The notes below the pieces were generated by a model that searched no databases, was not told the DNA's origin, and saw only the letters and a program-made list of their open reading frames with translations. A stretch of 63,944 nucleotides of DNA, the filler included, from Reclinomonas americana ATCC 50394 (Eukaryota): the NCBI GenBank assembly GCA_048213135.1. It is 16 parts of 16 records of this genome, joined end to end, with 100 filler letters (N's around TTAATTAATTAA, not from the genome) between each part and the next. Parts side by side here need not be neighbours in the genome. Positions count along the whole stretch, not along the records: positions 51,517 to 55,390 come from AFZH01022993.1; positions 55,491 to 57,220 come from AFZH01022994.1; positions 57,321 to 62,425 come from AFZH01022995.1; positions 62,526 to 63,944 come from AFZH01023002.1; 12 more parts are not named here. The stretch is one strand, 5' to 3'. The translations under genes and the position numbers were made by a program. Position 1 is the first letter of the stretch. Each line of letters begins with the position of its first letter. This document shows, piece after piece, positions 52,628 through 63,944 of this stretch.

Positions 52628-55499
52628 TTAGTAGCGGTACCGCCCGCCGGTGCTGGAATTGTACGGCGATGCGCCGTATCGAGACGAGTACTCGTTAGTT
52701 GAGGTCAAGTTCGTCGTCGTGGTGGTGGAGCTGACAACTCCGGCGTGTCGACGCGTGCCGCCGACACCGTACTCGACAGTGGCCAGCGGTGGTGTGCCGA
52801 CCGGCAACACGCCATACGTTGACGGTGGTGGTGCCGACGACGCAGCGGCGGCGGCAGCCACGGCCGCAAGTCTCGTGTCCAGTGCATTGCGCAGCTCGGT
52901 CTCGGCCGCCGACCGCATCTGCAGCACGTCGAGGCGCGCCCGAGCCCACTGCACCAACACACGCGCTCACTCAGCAAACCCAGTTGTCGCTTCTCCGACT
53001 ACCACCACCACCACCAACCTCATTTCGCTCGCGCGCCTCCTCTGCCTCGCGCATGCGCAGCTCCTCGACCTCGCGCTGCAAGGTCACCAAATCCGCATGC
53101 TTCTCCGACAAGCGGCGCTCCAGATCATCGGAGCGCGCTCGCTCACGTTGCAGCTGGTCACTGAGGCTGCGCACGGAATCCTGCGCGTCGGAGGCGTCGG
53201 CCTCGTGCAAACGCGCCTCGGCCACCAAACGCTGCGCACGATCGGCCTCGCTCGCTGCCACTGCCAGCTGATCGGCCAGCCGTCTCTCCAGTGAGCTCAC
53301 CAGCTCACGCTGCTCCTTCAACTCCAGCTCCATGGCACGAATGTGTGACTGCGCGAAGCAAAAGGTCAGTCAATCAGACGACAACACTGCATCACTCACA
53401 CACACACACACATTGCTCTTCCTCGCACCTGCAAGCTCTTGTTCTCCGAATTCGTGTTCGCCAGCATATCCTGCAGCTCTACGACACGGTTCTGTCCCAA
53501 ACGCTTCTCATCCTCCAACCCAGCCACCTCCTGTGCGCGCTTGCGGAGATACGTGTTTGTGCTGGCCAGCTCGTCCAGCTTGTCGTTCAAATCACGCTGG
53601 AGGTTGTCGCGCTCGGCCATCGTCTGCCTCTGCATGTCGCCCAGCATCTGAATCTCTCTTCGCGCGTCACTGAGCAGATTGATGCGGTGGTCCAGCTCGC
53701 GCTTCGTGGCCTCCAGTTCGTCCTTCACATTCGTGTACTTGGCGCCGAGCTCCGTGTAGTCCAATTTCAGCGCCTCGTGTCGGTCGGGGTGTACCAAGCG
53801 TGCCGTCTCCGCATGAGCACTCTGCGGCGAGACAATGAGAAAATCAGTGAATGCTCTTTCCCCTTTGCCATCCCTCTCCCAAAGAAAAAGCACACCTCCA
53901 ACTTTCGCTCCAGAATGTGCACGAGTTCCTGCGTGCCGCTGAGCGCATCGGCCAAATCAACATTCTTCTTGTTGATCCGACTGACTTCCTCCTGCAGCTC
54001 CAGGCACTCGCGCTGCAACAGGGAACGCTCTCGTTCAGCCTCCCGCAGCCGTCGTGTCATATTGACCGTGGTCTTGCGAATGAACGCAAGCCCCTTGCTG
54101 GCCGTGTTGATCTGATTGCTCATCGAGTGAGACGACACGCCGCGCAGCTGGCGACGGCGGTCAAACTCGCGCTCGCCACGCGCCAACGCCGCCACCAAAG
54201 CCTGTGAGTGCTCGGCGGAAACATTGACATCGCTCGCTGCACCGAGGCCAAGCGACGAGACCGGAGTGCCGTCCATGTGAGCCACCAGTCGCACAAACAT
54301 CTCCACCTCGGCGGCCGGCCCGTACGAATCGGTGGAGAGCGGCAAATCTGCAACACGACAACAGAAACAGTGAGCACACTTGTGACTTGTCTTGTGTGCA
54401 CCACCACCACACACGTACCGAGGTCGCGCACTGGATGAGTGGGTGGGGCCAAGAAGACACGATCGGTGCCGATGCGACCCGAGTACGCAAACTCAGGCTG
54501 CCGACTGGCTAGTCTTATCAGACGGCGCGCGGCAATGACGGCAATGGCTGCACCGCGGAACGACGTGCGCGGCCGCGTGCGACGAAGACGCTCCTCCTCA
54601 ATCTCGGCAATGCGGAACTCACCCGTCATGGCCTACGCCGCAGCACCATCAGTACCCGAGGCCGCAAGCATTGTCAACAAGCATCCACACACACGCGCTC
54701 ACCAGCACCAACTCCATAATGTTCTGCCGGGTCTTCTCCGACTGTTGCAACTCGCGAGTGAGGATGATCTTTTGCTCCCTCAGCTCCACCACGCGCATGC
54801 GCAGCGGTCGCAGGCCGCGGATCAACAGCTTCAGTCCTCTGCGCCACCAAGAATCAGCGCACAGACACTCCACACGCAATGCAAGGAGAAGGAGACGCAA
54901 CGCGACGAGCTGGCGTTGCCGCTCCGCCGAGTCATTCAGCTGTTGTGTGATCAACTCGTTCGACACGTTGACCTTGCGGTTGGTGACGTTGAGGGCAGAG
55001 TTCTCTTGCTGCACGCGACTGAGTACATCCTCCGTGTCCTGCGTAGCGTGACGAAACAGTGAGCCTCACGCTCAGTAAAACTGAAAGAAGCGAAGAAAAT
55101 AAATGTTTCGCATCCTCTCTCACACTTTCTCTCCCTCTTTTCTCTCTGTCTGCTTGCCTGTCTCTTTTCTTCTGTGTGTCTCTCTTTCTCACACACACAC
55201 ACTATCTGCCTACCTTTTCTCTCTCTCCCTCTCCCTCTGTCTCCCGTCTCCTTCTTCCTCTCCCCCCTCTCTCTCTTTGTCTCTCTGTCAATCTATCTCT
55301 CTTCATCTCCCTCTCGCACTCAACTTTCTGTCTGTTTTGCCTGACGGTTTTCCTCCCGCATCTTTCTGTCTCTCTCTCTCCCTCTCTCTCNNNNNNNNNN
55401 NNNNNNNNNNNNNNNNNNNNNNNNNNNNNNNNNNTTAATTAATTAANNNNNNNNNNNNNNNNNNNNNNNNNNNNNNNNNNNNNNNNNNNNTCTCTCTCT

Positions 55500-55559
<60 letters not shown>

Positions 55560-57531
55560 CTCTCTCTCTCTCTCCCTCTTGCACTCATCTTTCTGTCTGT
55601 TTTGCCTGACGGTTTTCCTCCCGCGTCTATCTGTCTCTCTCCTTCCCTCGCCCTCTGTCTCACCTCTCCATCCGCTCCTCTCCCTCTCCCTCTCCTTCTC
55701 CCTCTCCCTCTCCCTCTCCTCTGTCTCCCCTCTCCGCCCCACAACTCACCCGCAGGCGGTGATGAAGCTCGCTAACAATCTCGCTGTGAATGCGCTCCAG
55801 ATCCTGCCTCTGCTCCTCCAGCGCCAGAGTCTTGGATCGCTCCAGTTCGGCTTGTACTCGTTGAGCCTGCTCCCAGAACATAATCAGCACACCGCACACA
55901 GGAGTGAGAGAGGGCGAATTGCGCGATTCACGCAACATTCTCCCACGACTCCTGCAACGACTGCTGCGTCTGCACCAACTTCTTGTCGAGTTCGTTGCGC
56001 ACAGACTGCTCCAGTCGCAGTTCCTGTAACAACACGCACAACGCGCACAGCGTGAGAACGAGAGAAAAGGAAGAGTGAGGGCAGTCACACCAACCTTGCG
56101 CAAGCTCTCGCGCGTGATAATCGCGTTCGTGACTTCCTCCGTGATGGAGGCCTTGACACTCGCCCAGGAGGCGTCGTCGGGTACCATGCGACTGCAGAGA
56201 TGAAGCAATAGGATCAGCTGATTGCACTCCCCATGTGCAAGCAATGCTTCGACGAAACGATCGACCAGGCGACATGGCATCCATGCGGTTGGAGTCCTGC
56301 AACTGGCGCACCATCGATGCTACAAAATCGGTGCGCTCGTGCAAATGGTCTTCCAGCTGACGGATACGGCCACGATTCTCGGTGCACTGGTTCTCCAGCT
56401 GTGCGCGCTCGTCGCTAAGGAGGCGCACCTTGACCTGAATGTCGACCAGCTCACGCTTGACCTGCACACACGTCCCTTCACATCAGCGACGATTTCTAAT
56501 TTCCCTCTTTCTCTCCTCCTTCTCCTCCTCTTCTTCTTCTTCTTCTCTCTCTCCCTCCCTCTCCCTCATGCACTCCTACGCAACATCCAAAATCTCCTTG
56601 TGGAGCTCAGCACGCTCGCGCTCCTTGTTTGCCGCATACTGCTTCGTGCTCTCCAGCTCCTGATGCAGCGCGCGTGTGCGATCGCGCAACAATCGAACCT
56701 ATACACGCATCAATACAGAGACGCAGTGAGTCTCCCTTTGACTCTCCCTCTCTCTCTATCTCTCTCCACACAAACCTCATGCAGCGAATCGCGAATGCGA
56801 TCCTTCACTCCAATCACCGTGTTGCGCATCGACTCCATGTGCAGGAAGCGCGACGGACTGGTCTCCACCAAAATCGACGGGTCACCACCCGAGCCCGACA
56901 ACTCCGCCTCCACTTGTCGCGAGATCAGACCCAGCTCGCTGTTCAGCTGCGCCACGGCCTCATCGTGCCGACGACGAATTTCATGCTCGTCTTGTTGCAC
57001 CTGTGACGCACACGTGTGTGTCAGTCGCCTCTCCCGCAACACACCGCCACCTCCCACTATTCTCCACCACACCTGATGCAGCTCGTCGCGAAGTCTTTGC
57101 ACGGCACCACGGTACTCCTCCACCTCCGCACTGAGGAACTCGACCTGACGACGCTTGTCGACGAGCTCCGACGACGGGCTGCGAATACCAGCATAGCGGT
57201 TGGTGAGTTCCTGAATGTGGNNNNNNNNNNNNNNNNNNNNNNNNNNNNNNNNNNNNNNNNNNNNTTAATTAATTAANNNNNNNNNNNNNNNNNNNNNNNN
57301 NNNNNNNNNNNNNNNNNNNNTGAGCGGAAATCGATCGTGCGAATGATGATGATGACAAAGCCGAACCTCATAGGTGGCCACACGTGATGGACCAGTCGGC
57401 GTCGAGAGGGACGCTGGAGGCGGGTTGTACAATGGACGCGATCGACCGGGCGATCCATACGCGCCTCCTGCTGTTGCAGATGACGACGATCGCACTGGCG
57501 ATGCCGAGTGCAAGTGGCGTCGATGATCCAT
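52628..57531 (-). CDS. Long coiled-coil protein, CCDC171-like (spans two gaps)
   Basis: Heptad-rich exons. LLIRGLRPLRMRVVELREQKIIL...SFRGAAIAVIAARRL resembles the CCDC171/PACT-type FRxxxIAVxAxxRL motif. The start at 57531 is tentative. Confidence 0.6.
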
Positions 57532-57948
57532 TCTGCTTCTCAGTCACCAGCAGAACAACAACAGGGGAAAAGAGAACGAAAAGAGTGAGTGAAACGGTCA
57601 TGGCGGGAACATCCCCGCACACACACACACACAACCCGCGCTTTTCGCGTTGATCGCAAACGCGGTGGATGAGCGACTCTCTTGGTATGTCATGCGACCA
57701 GGAACACAGCACGTGCATCACACGCACAATCACACACCAACACGACACGGCCATTTCGCGCGCGCGTGTGCAACAGAAAGCAAGAGAGAGAGAAACCGCA
57801 CACGCACAGCATGCACACACGCTCTCGCTCTACGCCCACATGCACACACGACAATGCATCATGCACACTCACCGACCAAAAGCGCGCGATGAACTGTGAC
57901 AAATAGAAACGAGACAATACCGCTCGCCACTCACAATCTGTCCAAGCC

Positions 57949-59393
57949 ATGCTTTCCTTGCGACGACACTCTCTTCTCCTCCCCCTCTCCTCCCTCTCTC
58001 GTCGCCTTCTCAGCTCCGTCCGCAATGCGCCTGGAGATGCCACCTTTACTCCACACCCCGAGACCATCGCATTGGCCGATCGCATCATTGAGAGAGGACT
58101 GGACGATCGGCGAGCAATCGCACAAGCGCTCTCACTGAGTTTCGCGCGCAAGCCACTTCTCCTCCGTTATGTAGTGCATGGCTTTACGGTGCAAATAATG
58201 CAGTGGAGAATCAGCGCGCGGATCAGCAAGTGCAAGCCGACTTTCTGTTGAGTCGACTGTACGCGCACACGTTGCCGCCGGCGGTGAGCGAGGAGCAAGT
58301 ACGACGGTTTCGCACGTTTCGCGTCGGCATCAGTGGGACACCCGGTGAGTCGAAGGGACGCACTCCCGGCCATGAGCAGTTGTCCTTGTATGCTTTGCTG
58401 AGGAGGCAAAACTGCGCATTGCAGGCGCCGGCAAGTCGACGTTCATCGAGGCGCTTGGCTTGCATCTGACGGCGACGGGACATCGCGTGGGCGTGCTGGC
58501 CGTGGATCCTTCATCGGTCCGCACCGGTGGATCGATCATGGGCGACAAGACGCGCATGGTGCACTTGTCCAACGACCCTAATGCGTTTGTACGACCGTCG
58601 CCGACGCGGGGCACGCTGGGAGGCATCACGGAGCACACGACAGAGATGATTATGGTGCTGGAGGCGGCGGGTTTTGATGTGATTCTGGTGGAGACGGTGG
58701 GCGTCGGGCAGAGTGAGCTGGTGGTCGACACGGTGTGCGACATGACGGCGTTGCTGGTGAATCCGGGCTCCGGCGACGACTTGCAGGGCATGAAGAAGGG
58801 CATTATGGAGATTGCCGACGCGGTCATCATCAACAAGGCGGATGGGACGTTGTTGCCGGCGGCGCGGCAGTCGTTTGTGCAGTACTCGTCGGCGGTGCGG
58901 CTGATGCGGCCCAAGATTCCGCAGTGGACGACGCCCGTGATGCTGTGCTCGAGTTTTGACCGCGAGTTGGTGGCCAAGGTGTGGGTCGAGTTTGCCAAGT
59001 TCAAGGATACGTGTGAGGTGAGGAGGTGGAGGAGGGGGAAGAGGATGCAGGACGACGAGTGAGACTGAGGAAGGAGGAGGAAAGGGAGAGTTCTCAACAC
59101 TATATTGCAGTCGACGGGCGTATTTGCCAAGAAGCGAACGCAGCAGCGACACGATTGGATCGTGCAGCAGGTGGAGCGCGAGCTGCGATACACGTTGCGT
59201 GGCCTCCGCCGTTCCCCGCCCCTCCCACTCTCCCTCTGTCTCACTCCTTCCTCCACACAGTCTGTTCCGCGATGACCAAATTCGCGCGTTTGTGAAGCAA
59301 GCGCAGGAGAATGCGGTGGCCGGACTCATCACGGCACACGACGCCGCGCAGCAGATTGTCAACTTCATTCGACGGTCGCCGGCACCGTCATGA
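57949..59393 (+). CDS. MMAA: Methylmalonyl-CoA mutase-associated GTPase MMAA/MeaB, mitochondrial-type
   Basis: Arg/Ser/Leu-rich presequence; [68 protein letters not shown]. Confidence 0.95.
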
Positions 59394-59433
59394 GACGACA
59401 ATAATAACAAGGCAGTATTTTCACTTTTCATTT

Positions 59434-62425
59434 TCAATGTGGTGCATTAGGTGGGGCCAGGTGGGAAGCGCAGCGACATTTCTGTGAGGAAGGGAAGGTG
59501 GTCAGCATCGTGTACGGATATCTGTCTTGCGGGCGGCAAAGCACGCAACGCTTGACAATCTTCGGTCGCGCAAATGTTCCCTGCGTCTCTCCGCGCAGTA
59601 GTCGACTGCGCATTGACGCGGCACTACGTCCGGCACCGCTACTCACACACACACGAGAGAAAGAAAGGAATGAGAACAAGATTAGAGAAGGGCGGAGGAG
59701 GAAAAAACTCACCGTCCCTCGCCACCGGCACCGGGTGGGCGACCGGCTCGCAGGGGGAGCGCGCGCACGGATTCAGTGGCCGGCGCAGCAAAGCGGGCAC
59801 GTGGCCGGCTGGCCTCCACTTTCTCGCCCTGCCCCTCTCCTCCCTGCGCCTCCTCGTCCGTGTCCTCACCAGCGTCGTCCTCGTCGACACTGCTCTCCGA
59901 CATGTCGTCTGCGTCGCCGCCACCCCCGCCAGCGTCTGTCGCCGCAGCGCCACCGACAGAGAGGGGCTCGGAGGTCGGCACCGGCACCAACGTCATGCTG
60001 GGCAACGGCGGGAAGGCAAGGTGTGGCGGCTCGCCTCCCCACGCCGACTTGGGCGTAAAGTCGCCAGCCGAGTCGATGGTTACCATGATACCGGGCGCCT
60101 CACTTGCCGCCAGCGGGCTGCTCGGCGACAGACCCATCGGGTCACGCAGGACGGCCAACTCCTCGTCGGCACTGCTCGGCGACGTCCGGTCTCGTGAGCC
60201 TACACAGAGAGAGAGGAAGAGGTGACAAGGTTTTTTTGAGAAAAATATCCACGATGGCAAATAAAAGACACGGAAACGCACTTGTGCTGTCGCCACTGCC
60301 TGTCGTGTCGCGACCACGAGCCGCTAGGCGCTGGTGCAACTTGAGCAGGTTGTCGTGTAATGACTCGTTGTCGGCGCGCAGCAGCCGCAGTTCCACGGCC
60401 TGGCTGGTGAGGGCACGCAATTGCCACGCCGAGTCGTCCAAGTCGGACTTCAAGTGCTCAAACGTCTCGCGAGGCTCGCTGGTCAACGCGCCACGCGCCA
60501 CATCAATGCACTGATCCACACCCTCGGCCACCGAGGTCTCCCACTTTTGCCGCGCCACCGCCACCTCCCGAATCACCCGCGCCTTCTGCGCTCGCGCAGG
60601 AAGAAGGGTGAGCAAGTGGAAATCGCGCGCAGGGGGGGAAGGGCCACCACTCAACTTCACGCTCCAGTGAGTCGGCGGCGGCCACATCAATGCGACGCAA
60701 TGCAGCTGCACGCACGAAAGCGATTAAGCGGGGTGTGGGTTGACAAAAATACGACTCTCACAGGCACTCACCTTCGTATTTGGAGACCAAATCCAGCAGC
60801 TGCGTTTCCGCATGCAGCAGCGCCTCACTGGTCGACAGCTTCACGCGCTCGTCCAGATCGCGCAGCGCTTGCTGCACTGGCGCCGCCTCGTCTGCGGCTG
60901 TTGCGGAACCACCGCCGCCAGCAGCCGCCGTCGGCGGTCGTCCTGCAGAATACGACCGGGGATTAGAGCTAGAGAGAGGGCGTGTGGAAGCACAGCAGGC
61001 AAGACTCACCACTCTGGTTCTTGGCTCTCCTCAGTTGCCCTGCACCGAGCGAGCGTTCAGTCAGCAAACCACAAAAACAACAACCAATCGACCCCATCAC
61101 GCAACGTCTCAATGATTGATTCCGCGTTCGCAATTGAATCATATCGGTGGTGGAGTTGTCCTTGGTTTGCTGCATGGCGGCCAGGTGAGCGCGCATGGCA
61201 GTCATGCGACTCTGTGGCACAGCGTGAGGGGCGCGAAAACAAAGCTAACATGCAAACGCGAAAGGCCACCTTGAGAATATTTAGGTCGCCGGCCTGCTGC
61301 TCATTCATCAATCGTTCGGAGGCGAGCTGACTTTGTGTGATGCGCAGTTCCTTGGTGAGCTCAATCACCACCAAGTTCTACACGCACGCGCACACACGAG
61401 TGAGCGCACACACACGAGCGTGCAAGAGAACACACACACACACACAGAGGCACACACACCATCTTATCGCAGTTCTCGCAATAGTCATAGTCACGCGCCC
61501 CTCCAAACGACTCCACCGATGGCGGCGGCCCCCCACGCAACGAGGCCAGCGAGCGCAACGAATCACCTCGCGACATTCCACTCCCATACGCCATCGATCC
61601 TTCTGCGTGCCCTCCAAGATCCCAGTTCGCATTCGCCTGCGACAGACATTAGACAGAGAGCGTGCGATGAGCAGGGCGACACACCACTCGCTTGATGCGA
61701 TGAGGGAGTGCGTGTGTGAGAGAGAGAGAGAGTGAGGAAGAGGAGGATCGCACCAGTGCCGCTCGCAAATCGCTGAGATCGCTGGCCTGCAGCTCATCCG
61801 GCTGCGAGCTATTACTGCGCGGGCGACTCATGTGCAAGCCCACAGCTGCTGCTGAGGCATACGACATGGCATTGGCGGCAGTCGATCGCCGACCAGAGCC
61901 CCGACCACCCTTGCAACGAGACAAGTAAGACAAGCACACAGGCAGAGACATAAAGAGAGAAGGAGCGCTCACAGGTGAGGACACAGGCGAGGCCCGCGGA
62001 GACACGCGCGAGTTGACAGTGAGCGAGGCCGGTAAAGTCGCGGCCATTGAGCGATTGCTAAACACAAGACTCAGTCTATCAGATTGATTGTGTAAACACA
62101 CAATGCACACACAATGCACAATGCACGCAACATGAGTGCAGAGACGGGCATTGAGCTGCGACGCGCAGCTGAAGTCGGCGACACCGACTCGTCCTCAGTC
62201 AGCACCACATGTCGCGCCAAGTGATACAGACTGGAGGGGCGACCGAGAGGAGAGCTCGCCCCCTCTCCTCCTCCTCCTCCTCCTGTTGTTGCTGGAGGAG
62301 GAGGAGGCACAGCAGCAGAAGGAGGAGGAGAGATTGTGGGCGCAGAGGCAGTGACACCTGCTCGTTGATGATGATGCTGATGATGCGCTCGGCGTGCGGC
62401 GGCGACTGCTGCAGCTGCGGCCTCG
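59434..62425 (-). CDS. Hypothetical coiled-coil/low-complexity protein (5'-partial, multi-exon)
   Basis: Open exons (e.g. VVIELTKELRITQSQLASERLMNEQQ; LRDLDERVKLSTSEALLHAE) bounded by GT-AG introns; no family recognised. Confidence 0.55.
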
Positions 62426-62525
62426 NNNNNNNNNNNNNNNNNNNNNNNNNNNNNNNNNNNNNNNNNNNNTTAATTAATTAANNNNNNNNNNNNNNNNNNN
62501 NNNNNNNNNNNNNNNNNNNNNNNNN

Positions 62526-63944
62526 CCCCGATGCGCTCTGCTTTTTCTTCTTCTCATCATCATCATCATCATTGATGTTGATGGAGGGAGAGGAGAAGGA
62601 ATGCATCATCATCGTCGTCGTCACATGCTGCTTGCTGTCGATAAGCATCATGTCTGCTTTCTCGTCGTCGTCGCACGGCGAAGAAGCAGACATTGGCAGA
62701 GAAGGAGCTGTTGTTGTTACTGTTGAGTGAGGGCGTGGTGGAGGAGGACGGCGTCGAGCGGCCATTTGCGTGTCTCTGTTGTTCTTGTCTCGCACACGCA
62801 CACGCACTGCGTGATGCAAGAAACGAAGAGAGAGATAAGAAAGCGACGAAGATTCGTCGATCCGAACAGCAAGATGAAAAGGTGACAAGTCGTGATGTGA
62901 AGGGAGGAGGAGGAAGAGTGTAGGGAAAAGGGGAAGGAGGAACTGGGCAACGTTGGGTGCATCGTCAACTGCGATAGTTCTCCATGATCAGCTTTGTCTT
63001 TCTTTGTTTTGAATCTCTCTCGTACGCGTGGATCAGGTGACAACAACAACAACTTCACTAATTCAAACAGCAACACAGCTGCATGATGATCACCATCTTG
63101 AGTGAGCACCAGAAACTCAGACATCACGGAAAAAACGAGAAAAAAAGTCGTAATGCTGGCGTTTCTGCAAGAGATAATGATGGACAACAACTCCACACGG
63201 AGTACAACAGAGCACATGAGTAGCTGCATCAGGTCAGCATCCTCTCGATGGAAACAGAGGAAGAGCTGCCTACAGACACACTTAAAAGGTCACGAACTCG
63301 GCGATCCACGAAAACCAACAACCCTGATCGCCATCGAGACTGCATACCAACCGCGCCCGGTGAAGATTATGTTGACTACAGTTGCAGGAGAATCCGCACA
63401 CAGCAGAGTTGCACTTTCTTCTGCTCATCCGCATCGATCCGCATGGGTAATCCCCCAGCTGCTGTCTCGACAGAGAAACAGCGTATAGGCAATCGAGCAA
63501 CAGCTCTCGCGTGGCATGCAACACTTCAGACTGCCGTACCCTCGGCCAGATAGCACACATATTGATTTTTCACTCATATTCTTGTCTCTGCAAAGAAAGG
63601 AACCATTTCAGGACACACGCCAACAACGCAAATGCGCTCTCAAAGTTGTGCTGACGTACCTTGTCGTGCTGCTGTTGCCGTCGTCGTTGTTGTTGTCGTG
63701 GCCACGGTCGGAACGGCTGAGGGCATGGCGTCGGCCCGAGTGTGCGCCGCCAGCATCACCGACGCAGCCTGCGGAGGAGGCAGTGGCACGTGAGCAGCAG
63801 GCATCCTCTCTCTCTCTCTTCCCCTTCCTCTCTCTCCCTCTCTCACTCTCTCTCTCCCCTCTTCTACCCTCCACATCACCCACCGACGACGACAACGCAG
63901 TCGGCAGAGGCGGCGGCGCCGGCGGTCGAATATCACCGTATTGC
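62526..63944 (-). CDS. Hypothetical protein fragment
   Basis: Plausible exons (QLFLCFHREDADLMQLLMCSV; EFLVLTQDGDHHAAVLLFELVKLLL) between pyrimidine-rich introns. Confidence 0.35.

Noticed and set aside
55100..55740. Near-duplicate CT-rich sequence on both sides of a gap
   Set aside because: Low-complexity intronic repeat or contig-end overlap.

Overview
Eukaryotic (protist-like) assembly of 16 contigs joined by artificial N-TTAATTAATTAA-N linkers. Genes are GC-rich, densely packed and split by short (mostly ~55-100 nt) GT-AG introns, with many CA/GA microsatellites, so most six-frame ORFs are not real. Three blocks occur twice as near-identical haplotypes (1-8626/19484-28075; 9717-13908/34975-38846; 14009-16035/38947-40974). 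Recognisable genes: USP9/24/34-type deubiquitinase, MsrA, secreted beta-helix/EGF protein, CAP-Gly protein, intron-containing Mfd-like helicase, delta-COP, CSN7, CCDC171-like coiled coil, MMAA, an F-box protein, and kinase/WD40 relics. Highlights: (1) a selenoprotein MsrA missed by the ORF track, with in-frame TGA (GUFWC) and a SECIS in both haplotypes; (2) a terminal (TCAAGGG)n telomere-like array that starts inside an intron of a Pmp-like adhesin gene built from tandem two-exon modules; (3) a haplotype-specific 305-bp insertion with a 30-bp target duplication over a start codon, possibly spliced out in frame; (4) a recurrent GTTGCG 5' splice-site class; (5) an HhH-like insert in the Mfd protein. 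All gene models were spliced by hand and no database searches were run.
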